Assembly (NCBI RefSeq): GCF_009914755.1
Contig: NC_060926.1
Source of the DNA: the human T2T-CHM13v2.0 reference genome, Homo sapiens
DNA length: 64,000 nucleotides
Strand: one strand, 5' to 3'
In this document: positions 13,741 to 27,460 of the stretch, piece by piece
Numbering within the stretch: the stretch's first letter is position 1
Layout of the letters: every line of letters begins with the position of its first letter
Made by a program: the position numbers and the translations under genes
The notes under the pieces: model-generated
What the model was told of the DNA's origin: nothing
What the model saw: the letters and a program-made list of their open reading frames with translations, nothing else
Database searches by the model: none

Positions 13741-13848
13741 ATCTTTAAAAAGAGAAAACCCAGACCTAAATGAAGATGTGGTGTTGATAAGAGCTTTACA
13801 AGACTCCAATTTGCCAAAATTTCTAACAGATGATGCTCTTCTGTTCAG
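13741..13848 (+). CDS. DNAH6: Exon D: SLKRENPDLNEDVVLIRALQDSNLPKFLTDDALLF
   Basis: tttag acceptor, CAG|gtaagt donor, 108 nt phase 2-2; dynein D-N-PKF motif. Confidence 0.95.
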
Positions 13849-16193
13849 GTAAGTTTGTAGACATTACCAAGTAAAGCATGGCTATCACGTAGAGGCAAAT
13901 GGTAGTCTTTTCTTCAATTATTTCTTTCTCTAACAAGCTGAAAACTTTCCTATCTTTTCTGGAGAAACTTATTTTGCAGTTTAAGAAATACTCATTTAAA
14001 ATGAAGATACTAAAGTTTGGGCATAATTACAATCATTTGTGTTTTTTTATCAAAATATTTATCACCAGACTATGTGCTGTACAACTTAGCATTTGGCCAT
14101 AAGTTCCTGACCTAAGAGAAGTTTCTGACTCAAAAAAAGTCAGACTTGGGGTTTAACATAAATACAATTGCTTTTATCCATTTTGTTGTTTGTTGTTTAG
14201 TTTTACATTTCTCCACGTTATACATGTATATAGTTTTAAAAAGAAAATAGTTTCATAAATTAGTCTCATGGAAAGCAACAGTCCCCAGCCTTTCACCAAC
14301 TCCCACTTCCCAAAGACAATCATTTTCTAACTCTTTTATTTATTTATTCTGCTATCCCCCTCCAAACTTCTTAATACCACATTTATACCATTTCTTTTTC
14401 TTTTTTTTCCTTTTTTGACTTTTTTCAGTGGTTGCCCTAGATTTTGCAATATACATTTACAACTAATCTAAGCCCACTTTCAATTAACACTATACCATTT
14501 CATGGGAAGTGTGAGTACCTTATAATAACAATCGTATTTCTCCCTTCTATCCTAATTCCTCCCTCCATCCCTTGTGTCATTGCTGTCATTCATTTTACTT
14601 ATATATGAGCACACATAAGCACATATATAATATATACACAGGCATATATAATCAAATACATTGTTGCTATAACAATTTTGAACAAACTGTTGTCTGTTAG
14701 ATCAATTAAGAATAAGAAAAATAAAAATTTTCATTTTACCTTCAATTATGCCATGCTCTTCCATGCTCTTCCTTTAGGTAGATCAGAGTTTCTGACCTAT
14801 GTTATTTTTCGTCTCTCTAAAGAACTGCTTTTAACATTTCTTGCAAGGCAAGGCTACTGGCAACAAATTTTCTCAATGTTTATTTGTCTGAGAAAGTCTT
14901 TATTTCTCCTTCACTTTTGAAGGATAATTTCACAGGGTACAGAATTCTAGGTTGGTGGGGTTTTCCTCATATGTTTCACTCCACTCTCTTCTTGCTTGCA
15001 TAGTTTCTGAGGAAAAGTCAAATGTAATTCTTATCTTTGCTCATCTATAGGTAAAGTGGGGTTTTTTTTTCCTTCTGGCTTATTTCTATATTTTTTCTTT
15101 ATCTTTAATTTTCTATGGTTTTAAAGTGACCTGCTTCGGTATAATTTTTAGGTATTTATCCTGCTTAGTGTTTTCTGAGTTTCCTGGATCTAAGGTTTGG
15201 TGTGTGACATTAATTTGGGGAAATTCTGCCATTATTCTTTCAAATATTTCTTCTGTTTTTTTCTCCCTCTCTTACCCTCTGGTATTCCCACTGCACACGT
15301 GGTACTCCTTTTGTAGTTGTACCATGGTTCTTGGGTATTATGTTGCTTTTACAGTCTTTATTCTCTTTACTTTTCAGTTTCAGAGGTTTCTATTGAGGTA
15401 TCCTCAAGCTCAGAGATACTTTCCTCAGCTGTGTCCAATCTACTAATAAGCCTATCAAAGGCATTCTTCATCTCTGTTATAGTGTGCTGGTTTTTATAAT
15501 TCATTTCTTTCTGCTTCTTTCTTTGGCTTTCCATATCTCTGCTTATATTGCCCAGCTGTTTCTGCATGCTGTCCATTTTATCCATTAAAGCCTTTCACAT
15601 ATTAATCATCATTGTTCTAAATCCCTGTCTGATAATTTCAGCATCCCTCCCATGTCTGGTTCTACTGCTTGCTCTGTCTCTTCAAATTGTGTTTTTTTTT
15701 GTTTTATTTTGTTTGTTTGTTTTTGTTTTTTTGCCTTTTAGTATGCCTCATAATATTTTCTTGATAGCTGGACATGATGTACTGGTTAAAAGGAACTGGG
15801 CCAAAAGTAAATTGGCTGTAAGTAATGTAGTGGTAAGGTGCAGCAGGAGAGAAAGTGTTCTATTGTCCTAGGATTAGGACTCAGTCTTTTAATGAGCCTA
15901 TGCCTTTGAATGGTAGGCTTCATAAGTGTTTCTCAGTTTCTTCTCCCCGTTAGGTGGTACAGGGTGGCTACAGTGGCCTAGAGTTGGGTAATTCCCTTCT
16001 CCCAGTGAAAGGCTAGCGCCAGCTGGAGTTGATGTTTCCCCTCCCCCGGATCTGTTAAGCTCTGACAAAACTCTAGCAGGTTAGGCTCTGATTAACTCTC
16101 CTGGCTTCTCCTTATTAGGAAGAGCAGAGTGCTCCAGCCTATTTCAGAATGGTTTCTTTTCCCCTCCCCTGACAGAAGCATGAAGAGATTTCT

Positions 16194-17485
<1,292 letters not shown>

Positions 17486-18606
17486 CATGATGGGATTTCT
17501 CTCAGATATTTACTCCAAGACTTGGTTGAGCTCCTAGAGGTAAAACTCACAAAAGATGTGCCCCTCCACCCCATGACTGGATGCCCCTGGAGTTTTTAAC
17601 TCTCAGACATCTCCACATCTAGCCTCAAGCAATTTATCAATTACAGCTCACATTTTCCTACCCTGGCACTGGCTCCCATACTAGTTTGTTGTAATCCTGT
17701 GTATGTGACTGTCTGTGTCTCCAAAGTTGAGGGCAGAGGTATCTACAGGCATACCTCATTTTATTTCACTTCATTTTACTGCACTTCGCAGATATCATAT
17801 ATTTTACAAATTGAAGGTTTGTAGCAACCCTTCATGAAGCAAGTTTATCAGCACAGTTTTTCCAGTAGCTTGTGTTCACCATGTGTATATGTGGCAATTT
17901 TAATAATTCTCACAATATTTCAAACTTTTTTATTATTGTATCTGTTATGGTGATCTGTGATCATTGATCTTTGATGTTACTATTGCAGTTGTTCTGGGAG
18001 CACCACAAACTGCACCCATACATAACAGCAAACTTAATTGATAAATGTGTGTGCTCTGACTGCTCCACAGACAGCCATTCTCCCATCTCTCTCCTTCTCC
18101 TTGGGCCTCCCTCTTCTCTGAGACATAATAATATTGAAATTAGGCCAACTAATGACCCTACAGTGGTCTCTAGTGTTCAAGTGAAAGGAAGAGTCACACA
18201 CCTCTCACCTTAAATCAGAAGCTGGAAACGATTAAGCTTAGTGAGGAAGGCATGTCTAAAGCCAAGATAGGCTGAAAGCTAGGCCTCTTGTGCCAAATAG
18301 CCTAATTGTGAATGCAAAGGAAAAGATATTGAAAGAAATTAAAAGTGCTACTCCAGTGAATACATGAATGGTAAGAAAGAGAAAGTAACCTTATTGCTGC
18401 TATGGAGAAAGTTTTAGTGGTCTGGATAAAAGATTAAACCAGCCACAACATTCCATTAAGCCAAAGCCTAATCCAGATCAAGGCTCTGACTCTCTTCAAT
18501 TCTATAAAGGAGGAGAGAGTGGTGAGGAAGCTGCAGAAGAAAAGTTCAAAGCTAGCAGACATGTGACTGAATTGCTGCAATCTCATAATAAAACCTGCAT
18601 GGATGA

Positions 18607-18939
<333 letters not shown>

Positions 18940-19455
18940 AAAAGTAGTTTCTTGTGATGGGATCTACTCCTGGTGAAGTAGCTAGCTTCAAACTTCTTTC
19001 CCTCGCTAGCTTCATGAAGGTTTCTTCATGAAGTTGAAGCAAAGAAGCTATTTCCATAACATAAGGTACAAGGTAAAGTAGCAAATGCTGATGTAGAGGC
19101 TGCAGTAAGTTATCCAGATCTAGCTAAGAACACTGATGAAGGTGGCTACACTAAGCAACAGATTTTTAATGTAGATAAAACAGCCTTCTGTTAGAAGATG
19201 ATGCCATATAGGACTTTCATAGTGAAAAAGGAGAAACCAACACCTGGCTTCAAAGCTTTAAAGGCCAGGCTGACTCTAGTTAGGGGCTAAAGCAACTGGT
19301 GGTTTTAAGTTAAAGCCAGTGCTCATTTACCACTCCAAAAACCCTAGGGCCCTTAAGAATTACACTAAATCTACTCTACCTGTGCTCTAAAAATGAAACA
19401 ACAAGGCATGGATGACAGTATGTCTGTTTAGAGAATGGTTTACTGAATATTTTAA

Positions 19456-19961
19456 CCCTTTTCCCATTTGCCCCAAGAGTACTCGCTGGCAGCACTTGTG
19501 GCTGCAGAATTTAACCCGAGATAACTTTGCCATGAATTATCTTTTATTATTATTTTCACATTGCTGTAGTATACTGACTTTGGAAACAAAAGGCATCATT
19601 CTATAGCATTCTGTTTTTAGTAGTGGTATTTCTGCTTACAAAACATAGTAGTTCTTGATCACTGAAAATGTCAAATCCTAGAAAGCATAACATTCCTATG
19701 CATGATGTTAACATTGTTTTTTTAATAGTTGTTGGCCCAAGATTCATTTGATGAATCTGATTTTTCCTAAATAGATGACTCTGATGATTTGGATGATTCT
19801 AATGTTAGTTCTGTTTAGAAATAACTCCAAGAACAGTTTTTATATTTTATTTTCACACTGAAAAGCAGTCAGATTTGCTTCAGCCTCAAAGAGCATGTTT
19901 ATGTAAAATTAAATGAGCACTGGCAGCAAGCTGCCCTTTTTTGTTCTAAATGAGAAAAGGG
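19456..19961 (+). mobile_element. MER75 piggyBac-family MITE
   Basis: TIRs cccttttcccattt / aaatgagaaaaggg; TTAA (19452-19455) and ctaa (19962-19965) target duplication; ~500 bp. Confidence 0.9.
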
Positions 19962-21399
19962 CTAAATCACCATTGAGAACTACTACTCAGAAAAAAAGAC
20001 TCCTTTTAAAATATTACTGCTCATTGGCAATGAACCTGGTCACTCAAGACCTCTGAGGGAGATGTACAAGATGAATGTTGTTTTCATGTCTGCTAACACA
20101 ACATCCATTCTGTAGCCCATGGATCAAGGAGTACTTTCAACTTTCAAGTCTTATTATTTAAGAAACATATTTTGTGATGCTCTATCTGCCATTGATAGTG
20201 ATTTCTCTAATGGATCCAGGCAAAGTTAATTTAAAAACCTTCTGAAAAGGATTCATCATTCTAGATGTCATTAAGAACATTCATGATTCATGGTAAGACA
20301 GAATGTCAACATTAATAAGAGTTTGGAAACAGTTGATTCCAACCCTCATGGATGATTTTGAGGGGTTTTAGACCTCAGTGGAGGAAGTAACTACAGATGT
20401 GGTAGAAATAGCAAAAGAACTAGAATTAGAAGTGGAGCCTGAAGATGTGACTGAATTGCTGCGATCTCATGATCAAACGTGAATAGATGAGGAGTTGCTT
20501 CTTATGGATTAGCAAAGAAAGTAGTTTCCTGAGATGGGATCTATTCCTGGTGAAGATGCTGTGAACGTTGTTAAAATGACAACAAAAGACTCTGTTGCAT
20601 AAATATAGTTGATAAAGCAATGGAAGAGTTTGAGAGAACTGACTTCAATTTTGAAAGAAGTTCTGCTGTGAGTAAAATGCTATCAAACAGCATCACATGC
20701 TACATAGATATCTTTCACAAAAGAGTCGATGAACGTGGCAAACATTATTGTCTTATTTTAAGAAATTGCCACAGTCACTCCAGCCTTCAGCAACTACCAC
20801 CCTGCTCAGTCAGCAGCTATCAACATTGAGGTAAGACCCTCTGCCAGCAAAAGCCGATGGCTCAGATGGTCATTAGCCTTTTTTAGCAATAAAGCGTTTT
20901 TAAATAAAGGTATGTACATTTTTTAGACATAATGCTATTGCATGCTTAAATGACTACAGTATAGCATGAAGATTAATTTTATATGCACTGAGAAACCAAA
21001 AAATTCATATGAGTTGCTTTATTGCTATATTCACTTTATTGTAGTGGTCTGAAACTGAACCCACAGCATCTCTGAAGGATGCTTATATATAAATATACGA
21101 TTAAGTTTCACAATGAATGGTAATACGATGTTCATAATAGGAGCTCATATTTTCATTTTATCATGTTCTTTCTTCCTTTCTGATGCTCCAAGTTTGCTTC
21201 TTTCATCATTTTCTTTTTGCTTAGAGAACTTCCCTTTAGCCATTCTTCATGGTAGATCTGCTGGCTACAAATTCATTTCCTTTTCCTTTATCTGAGAATG
21301 TCTTGATTTCCCTTCATTCCAGAGGGATATTTCCCCTGGATATAGGATTCTGGAGTGACAGTTCTTTCAGGACTTGAAAGCTGTTGTACCATATACTTC

Positions 21400-21738
21400 C
21401 CAGGTACACCATGAAATTCTGTGCAGCCATAAAAAGGAATGAGATCATGTTCCTTTTCAGGAACATGGATGAAGCTGGACACCATTATCCTCAGCAAACT
21501 ATAAAAAGGAATGAGATCATGTTCCTTTTCAGGGACATGGATGAAGCTGGACACCATTATCCTCAGCAAACTAACGCAGGAACAGAAAACCAAACACCAC
21601 ATGTTCCCACTTATAAGTGGGAGCTGAAAAATGATGGGTTGATAGGTGCAGCAAACCACCATGGCACACACTTACCTATGTAACAAACCTGCACATCCTG
21701 CACATGTACCCCAGAACTGAAAATAAAACATTTTTTTA
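21400..21738 (+). mobile_element. Short L1PA 3' fragment with internal 72-bp tandem duplication and 3'UTR deletion
   Basis: gcagccataaaaaggaatgagatcatg...cacatgtaccccagaactgaaaataaaa. Confidence 0.88.
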
Positions 21739-22396
21739 AAAAGATGTTTTCCACTTCCTGTCAGCCTGCATGGTCTCTGATGAGAATTCTGTTGTCATTT
21801 TATGTGTTTTTTTCCCTGTTCATAAGGTGTCATTTTTTTTTTCTTCTGGCTGCTGCTAAAATTGTTTTCTTTGTCTTCCATTTTTAGAAGTTGGACTATG
21901 TTGTATCTTCATATGGATTTCTTCGGGTTTATCCTGTTTTAGATTTGATCAACTTCTTAAATCTGTAGGTTCATGCTTTTTGGCAAATGTGTGACATTTT
22001 CAGTCATTATTTCTCTGAATACTTCTTCAGCTCTTTCATCCTTCCCCATCATTTGAGACTCCAGTGACACAAATATTAGATCTTTTGTTATATTTCCACA
22101 GGTCCCCAAGAGCTTCTCATTTCTTTTTTCAGACAATATTCTCCGTCTTGTTCAGATTGGGTAACTTCTATTATTCTATCTTGCAGTTTACCAAATCTTT
22201 CCTCTGTCCCTTCCATTTTGCTCTTGAACCCATCTATTGATTTTTTTGTTATTGTATTTTTTCAGTTCTAAAATTTCTAATAGGCTCTCTGTATTTTTTT
22301 TTTTTGGCTGAGATGTCCTTATATTCTTTTGTTTCTATTGTGTTCATAATGGGTCCTTAAAACATTTTTATGATGACTGTTTTAAGATAATGATCT

Positions 22397-22530
22397 CACC
22401 TGTGTGTAGTCACATGTACCTATAGTCTTGGCTAGTCAGAAGGCTGAGGCGGGAAGACTGTTTGAACCCAGGAGTTCAAGGCCAGCCTGGGCAGTATAGT
22501 GAGACCCTATCCCTTAAGAAATAAAATAAA
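22397..22530 (+). mobile_element. Alu monomer (FLAM-like)
   Basis: aggctgaggcgggaagact...ggagttcaaggccagcctgggcag...gagaccct plus A-rich tail. Confidence 0.75.
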
Positions 22531-25111
22531 TTTGTCAGACAGTTTTAACGTTTCTCTCATCTCAGTGTTAGCATCTATTGATTGTCTCTCTTAGTTCAGT
22601 TTGAGATCTTTCTGGCTTTTGATGTGATGAATGATTTTCATTGAAACCTACTTATCTGAGGTATTATGTTATGAGACTCTAGATCTTATTTAAACTTATT
22701 TTAGCTGGCTTTTCCTGATGCCACACCAGCAAGAGAAATTAGAAATGCAACTTTGTTACTGCCAGGTGGGGATAGAATTCAAGCTTTATTGATATCTGGT
22801 GGGAGCAGTCATTTCTGCTGTGTAGGGGTGGGAGTTCCAGCTCCCTGGCAGTCCTCCAGTGATATTGTCCTGGATAGAAGAGTAGAAGCGCCTCATTACT
22901 GTTCCCCACGTGACCTCCACTGATGCCACAAGGGAAGACAGCTTTATTACCCCTGGACAGTGGTAAAAGTCCTGACTCTCCACTGATCCTCCTCTGATTC
23001 CACCTGTCAGAGAGCAGAAGGGGTGCTTCATTATTCTTGGGTAGGGCTGGAAGTCCAGGCTTCCCATATGGTCTACACTAATACCAAAGGGGGCATCATT
23101 ACTTCCCAGTGAGGATGAAAGTACATCCCTATTTGGCCTTCTCTGACACCGTGGGAGAATGAGAAGAGGAATTTCAGGAGACTTGTTACACCCTAGCTAG
23201 AGTGGAAGTCTGGGCTCCGCACTCAGTGTCTGCTGGTGAGGGTAGGAATAAATACCTCAGGATTTTTCTGTGGTGTTTGGTTAGAGTAGAGCAGTTATTG
23301 CCTAAAAGTTTTCTGTCTTGCTGGGCTGCCCCTTTCCTGGGCTGCCCCTTTCCTGGTCCTTTGGATAAAGACAGTAAGCTTTTCCTGGGGCTTTTTTTTT
23401 TAAATCTGTGCCCATTGGCATTTCTAGATTGCCAGGATGTAAAAGACAAAAAGACACAAGGGACTAGTCACTGTGTTATTGCTTGCATCTTAAGGTACCT
23501 AGCCAGTCTGACTTCTCTCTACCTTTCAGAGTCTTCTTTTATTTATTTTATTTAATGTACAGGGATTTTAGTTGTACTTAATGGAAGGAATAGGGAAAAG
23601 TAAATCTGTTCCATCTTTCTGGAGAAATAAGTTGGTTGACACTTTCATGTATTACCTTTAATACATTTCTATTTTTACAGCTGTTGCTTTTTCAATTCGT
23701 TATATATCTTGAGCATCTTTTTCATGTTAGTATATATGCATGAGTCTTTTTTTTTTTACTGCTGCTAGATTGCTATTATATAAGATGGTACTTTGAGACA
23801 TAATAAACCTATAGAACTACTTTAACATGAAAGGTCTTCTATATGGACATTTAGATTTTTTCCTAATTGTTTTCTATTCTAATAATGAATATTCCTATAC
23901 ATATATCTTTGCACACGTATGATATTTCTACAGGGGAGATTCCTGGAAGTAAGTTTCCTAGGTCATAGGGTTTGCACATTTTTTATTTAAATAGATTAAA
24001 TCAAATTGTCTTCCAAAGATGACTTACCCTTTTATATTAACATAAGTGGTTTTACGAAGGCGCCTATTTCCCCATAAGTGTTTTAAAGAGAGGCCAAATG
24101 TAGTAGCCTATTTTAATAGTCATTTCTTTAACTATTAGAGTCATTGGGAATCATTTCCTATGTTCATTATTTATTTATAATTATTATTCTTGGAGCATGT
24201 TCCTATTGTACTCTTACTTATTGATTTATAGAAAGTCATAATCTTTATCTGATATAAACATTGGAAATGTTTTTCTAAGTCTCTCATTCATGCTTTAAGT
24301 TTGTATATAAAGCCTTTTATCTCACAGAAGTTTGATTTTTGTCTGTTTTTCTTTGTTCACTGTCAACTTTTTTTACAGTTGTAGATTTCCTGCCTTTCTT
24401 AGAAAGACCGCCTTACCACAATGTTGCAAAATTTAGCTCTTCTACTTTCTTCTAGTACTTTCATCACTTTATGTAAGGTTTTAACTGTATCACAAATGTA
24501 TTTGTGTATATAATGTGAGGTAAAGATTTAGCTTCTTTTTTCCCATTGAAACATCTCATACTAACTGTTTCCTATAGAAATAGTCACATTTTTCCTTCCT
24601 TCTTGCATGATGCTAATTTTAATTATACATTCATCTTATTTTTCTGAATAGCCACATACAGTTAATGAGTATATGTAAGTGATTTTAGGAAAAGTTGAGC
24701 TATAAATATAATTTTTAAACAAAATTTTAAAATAATTTTAAATTTTTAAGTGAGATATTTTATAATTTTTTTAATAATTAAAAATAAGTTCATCACCTTC
24801 TATATGTTTGGTACTATGCCATGTACTGTGGGAAATACAGAAAGAAACATAAGAGATATCACTTACTCCCAAGAAGCTCCTAATATACTTAGGAACATTG
24901 GTCTACTGTACAGGAAACAAACAAAATCATACATGATATCAGAGAAATGATAGATTCTGGTACAGCACATAGGACAAACTAATACTGTACATGTCAGAAG
25001 AGAAAGATCAATGAGAAACAATAAGACTCATAATATTTCATTGATTGTAACAAATACGGGAAAATATCAATGACCAGTTGTTCCTAATTGATTTTATTTT
25101 TGTTTTGACAG

Positions 25112-25667
25112 TGGAATCATATCTGACCTTTTTCCTGGAGTCCAAATTCCAGAACATGATTATGGTATTTTACAATCAACAATTGTGGATGTCATGAATA
25201 GACAAAATCTTCAGCCTGAGATGTGTATGGTTAGAAAGGTGATACAGTTTTATGAAACTATGCTAGTAAGGCATGGTGTTATGTTAGTCGGGCCAACAGG
25301 AGGCGGCAAGACCACAGTTTACCGAATACTAGCAGAAACTTTAGGGAATTTACAAAAACTTGGGATAGAAAATTCCTTTTACCAAGCAGTTAAAACATAT
25401 GTTCTCAACCCTAAATCAATTACCATGGGTGAATTATATGGAGAGGTTAATAACTTAACCTTGGAATGGAAAGATGGTTTGATGGCACTAAGTGTCCGAG
25501 CAGCTGTGAATGATACTTCAGAAGACCATAAATGGATCATCAGTGATGGGCCAGTAGATGCTCTTTGGATTGAAAACATGAATACAGTGCTGGATGATAA
25601 CAAGATGCTTTGCCTGGCTAACAGTGAGAGGATTAAACTCACACCTCAAATTCACATGCTTTTTGAG
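25112..25667 (+). CDS. DNAH6: Exon E (AAA2 Walker A GPTGGGKT; WIISDGPVDALWIENMNTVLDDNKMLCL)
   Basis: gacag acceptor, GAG|gtaagt donor, 556 nt phase 2-0; matches ORF 25185..25694. Confidence 0.97.
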
Positions 25668-25886
25668 GTAAGTGTACACATTACTGTGGAGTGAAATCAT
25701 TCATTAAATTGGCATACTATCGTTACATTTTTTTCTCACACTGATGTAGCCTTTACTATCTATAATGTCTATTATTGTGTTCTGTTTACTTACTTATTAA
25801 GTCATCCTTTTGTAATAGATTGACAGTCAAAGTCTCAAATGTTCTTGTCTCTATAAATAGGAAGTACAATAAACTCTGGCTTCCCT

Positions 25887-25946
25887 GAGAGAGGGAGAGA
25901 GAGAAAGAGAGAGAGAGAGAGAAAGAAAGAGGAGAGAGAGAGAGAG
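25887..25946. repeat. Imperfect (GA)n microsatellite
   Basis: gagagagggagagagagaaagagagagagagagagaaagaaagaggagagagagagagag. Confidence 0.9.
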
Positions 25947-26452
25947 CTTTGTATCATTTGAAATGCATTTTAAATTAAAAATTATTGCATTTAATAAGAA
26001 TAAATTATCCCACCATGATATGAATATTTGATGAGGGATTGGGAGAGGAATGTGGACCAAGTACAGCTACCAACATTATGAAGGATGCCACCTGTGTTCT
26101 ATTCATTCATCAAATACTGATTGAATGTCTAGTATGTGCTAGGGATTCTAATACAAGAATGAACAGGAGAAAAGAGAAAAGCAAAGAGAAGAAAGAAAAA
26201 AATAACTAGCCCTGCCCATAGAGTTTGACAGTATCCTCCTGTAGTTGTGGGAATTTTTTTCACCTTATACGTCATTTAACTTTCTTCCTCCATTTCTAAT
26301 TACTTATTGCTCTCCCACTCTCTTCCACATGAAGCCCTTCAGTGTTGTTAGACTTTAAAAGTGTGAATCATTTTATAAGTGTGAACATTGAAGTTGGAGA
26401 AATAAGGAAGTATCATATTAGCTGTTTCCTGTTCAATTTTCTTCAACTTTAG

Positions 26453-26575
26453 GTGCAAGATCTGCGGGTTGCCTCCCCTGCAACAGTCAGTCGATGTGGA
26501 ATGGTGTTTGTGGATCCTGAAGAACTGAAATGGATGCCTTATGTTAAAACTTGGATGAAGGGTATTTCTAAAAAA
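26453..26575 (+). CDS. DNAH6: Exon F: VQDLRVASPATVSRCGMVFVDPEELKWMPYVKTWMKGISKK
   Basis: tttag acceptor, AAA|gtaagt donor, 123 nt; dynein ASPATVSRCGM motif. Confidence 0.95.
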
Positions 26576-27460
26576 GTAAGTGCCATCAGATATTCCCCAA
26601 TATCTCCATCTGTCAGGACTCATGTTGCCTTCTAGTGCACAAATAACAATAGGTTAAGGACTCATGGTTCTTGATTGAGGGGACTTCATTATTTTACCTA
26701 GTCCTCCCTGTGAATTCCTGGAATCGTCCAGGAATGTTTATATACTCCCCAAATCTGTCCTCATTTCTTGTTACCCCAGCCTGCCAGCCTGCCTACTCAC
26801 CCTGCCTCCTGCCTATTCTGCCTGGCTTCTCCCCAGACTAGAAACACAAGCCACTTTTTTGAGTCCCTAAAAACACAGCTACAACAGCCTGAGGCATTGA
26901 GACTTCGCAGAAAGCTTGGGAGTAATAAAAGGAAGCAAAATGAAGAAAAAGAATATTTAAGTCCAGACCCTAACTGTCATTGTTTTTGGATTTTGAGAGC
27001 CCTTAACACCTATGACAGCCAAAGATAAAAGAAAACTCATTTACATCCTACCCCAATAGTAGGTGCAAGACCTAAGACACATTCTAACCTCAGAGGTACA
27101 ATTCCACCCAAAGTGAAGGAAAGCTTATACATTGTTATTCAAAACAACTCAGTTTCATACTACTTTCTGTAGCTTCTGCATTCTAACACAGAATTTTCCT
27201 CTTTAGCTTAGCTTAACAAGTAGTCCTTTGAGATGTTTCCCCCACATCTCATCCCCTACTCCAAGTAAGCCATCTTCATCTCTGCCTCTCCCCCTCCAAA
27301 GATGAGCCAGAAAACTATTGTTTTCCTCCTTTTTAGGCATCAACAGTTTTAAGAATATTATGGTCTAGTCTCAGAGTACCTTATTAAAGACAGTAATTCT
27401 CAGAATTGAGAGTTTGTCATTGGCTACCTTAAGATTTTTAACTTTTCTGAATTCACTTTT

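Larger units (their letters stand above)
21150..23640 (-). mobile_element. Old L1M ORF1/5' region, interrupted by an L1PA fragment and an Alu monomer
   Basis: ORF 21288..21671 ends in L1 ORF1-like YPSGMKGNQDI; T-rich antisense L1 composition; approximate. Confidence 0.6.

Noticed and set aside
25379-25700. Antisense ORFs overlapping exon E (and 26348..26623 over exon F)
   Set aside because: Shadow frames of real coding exons
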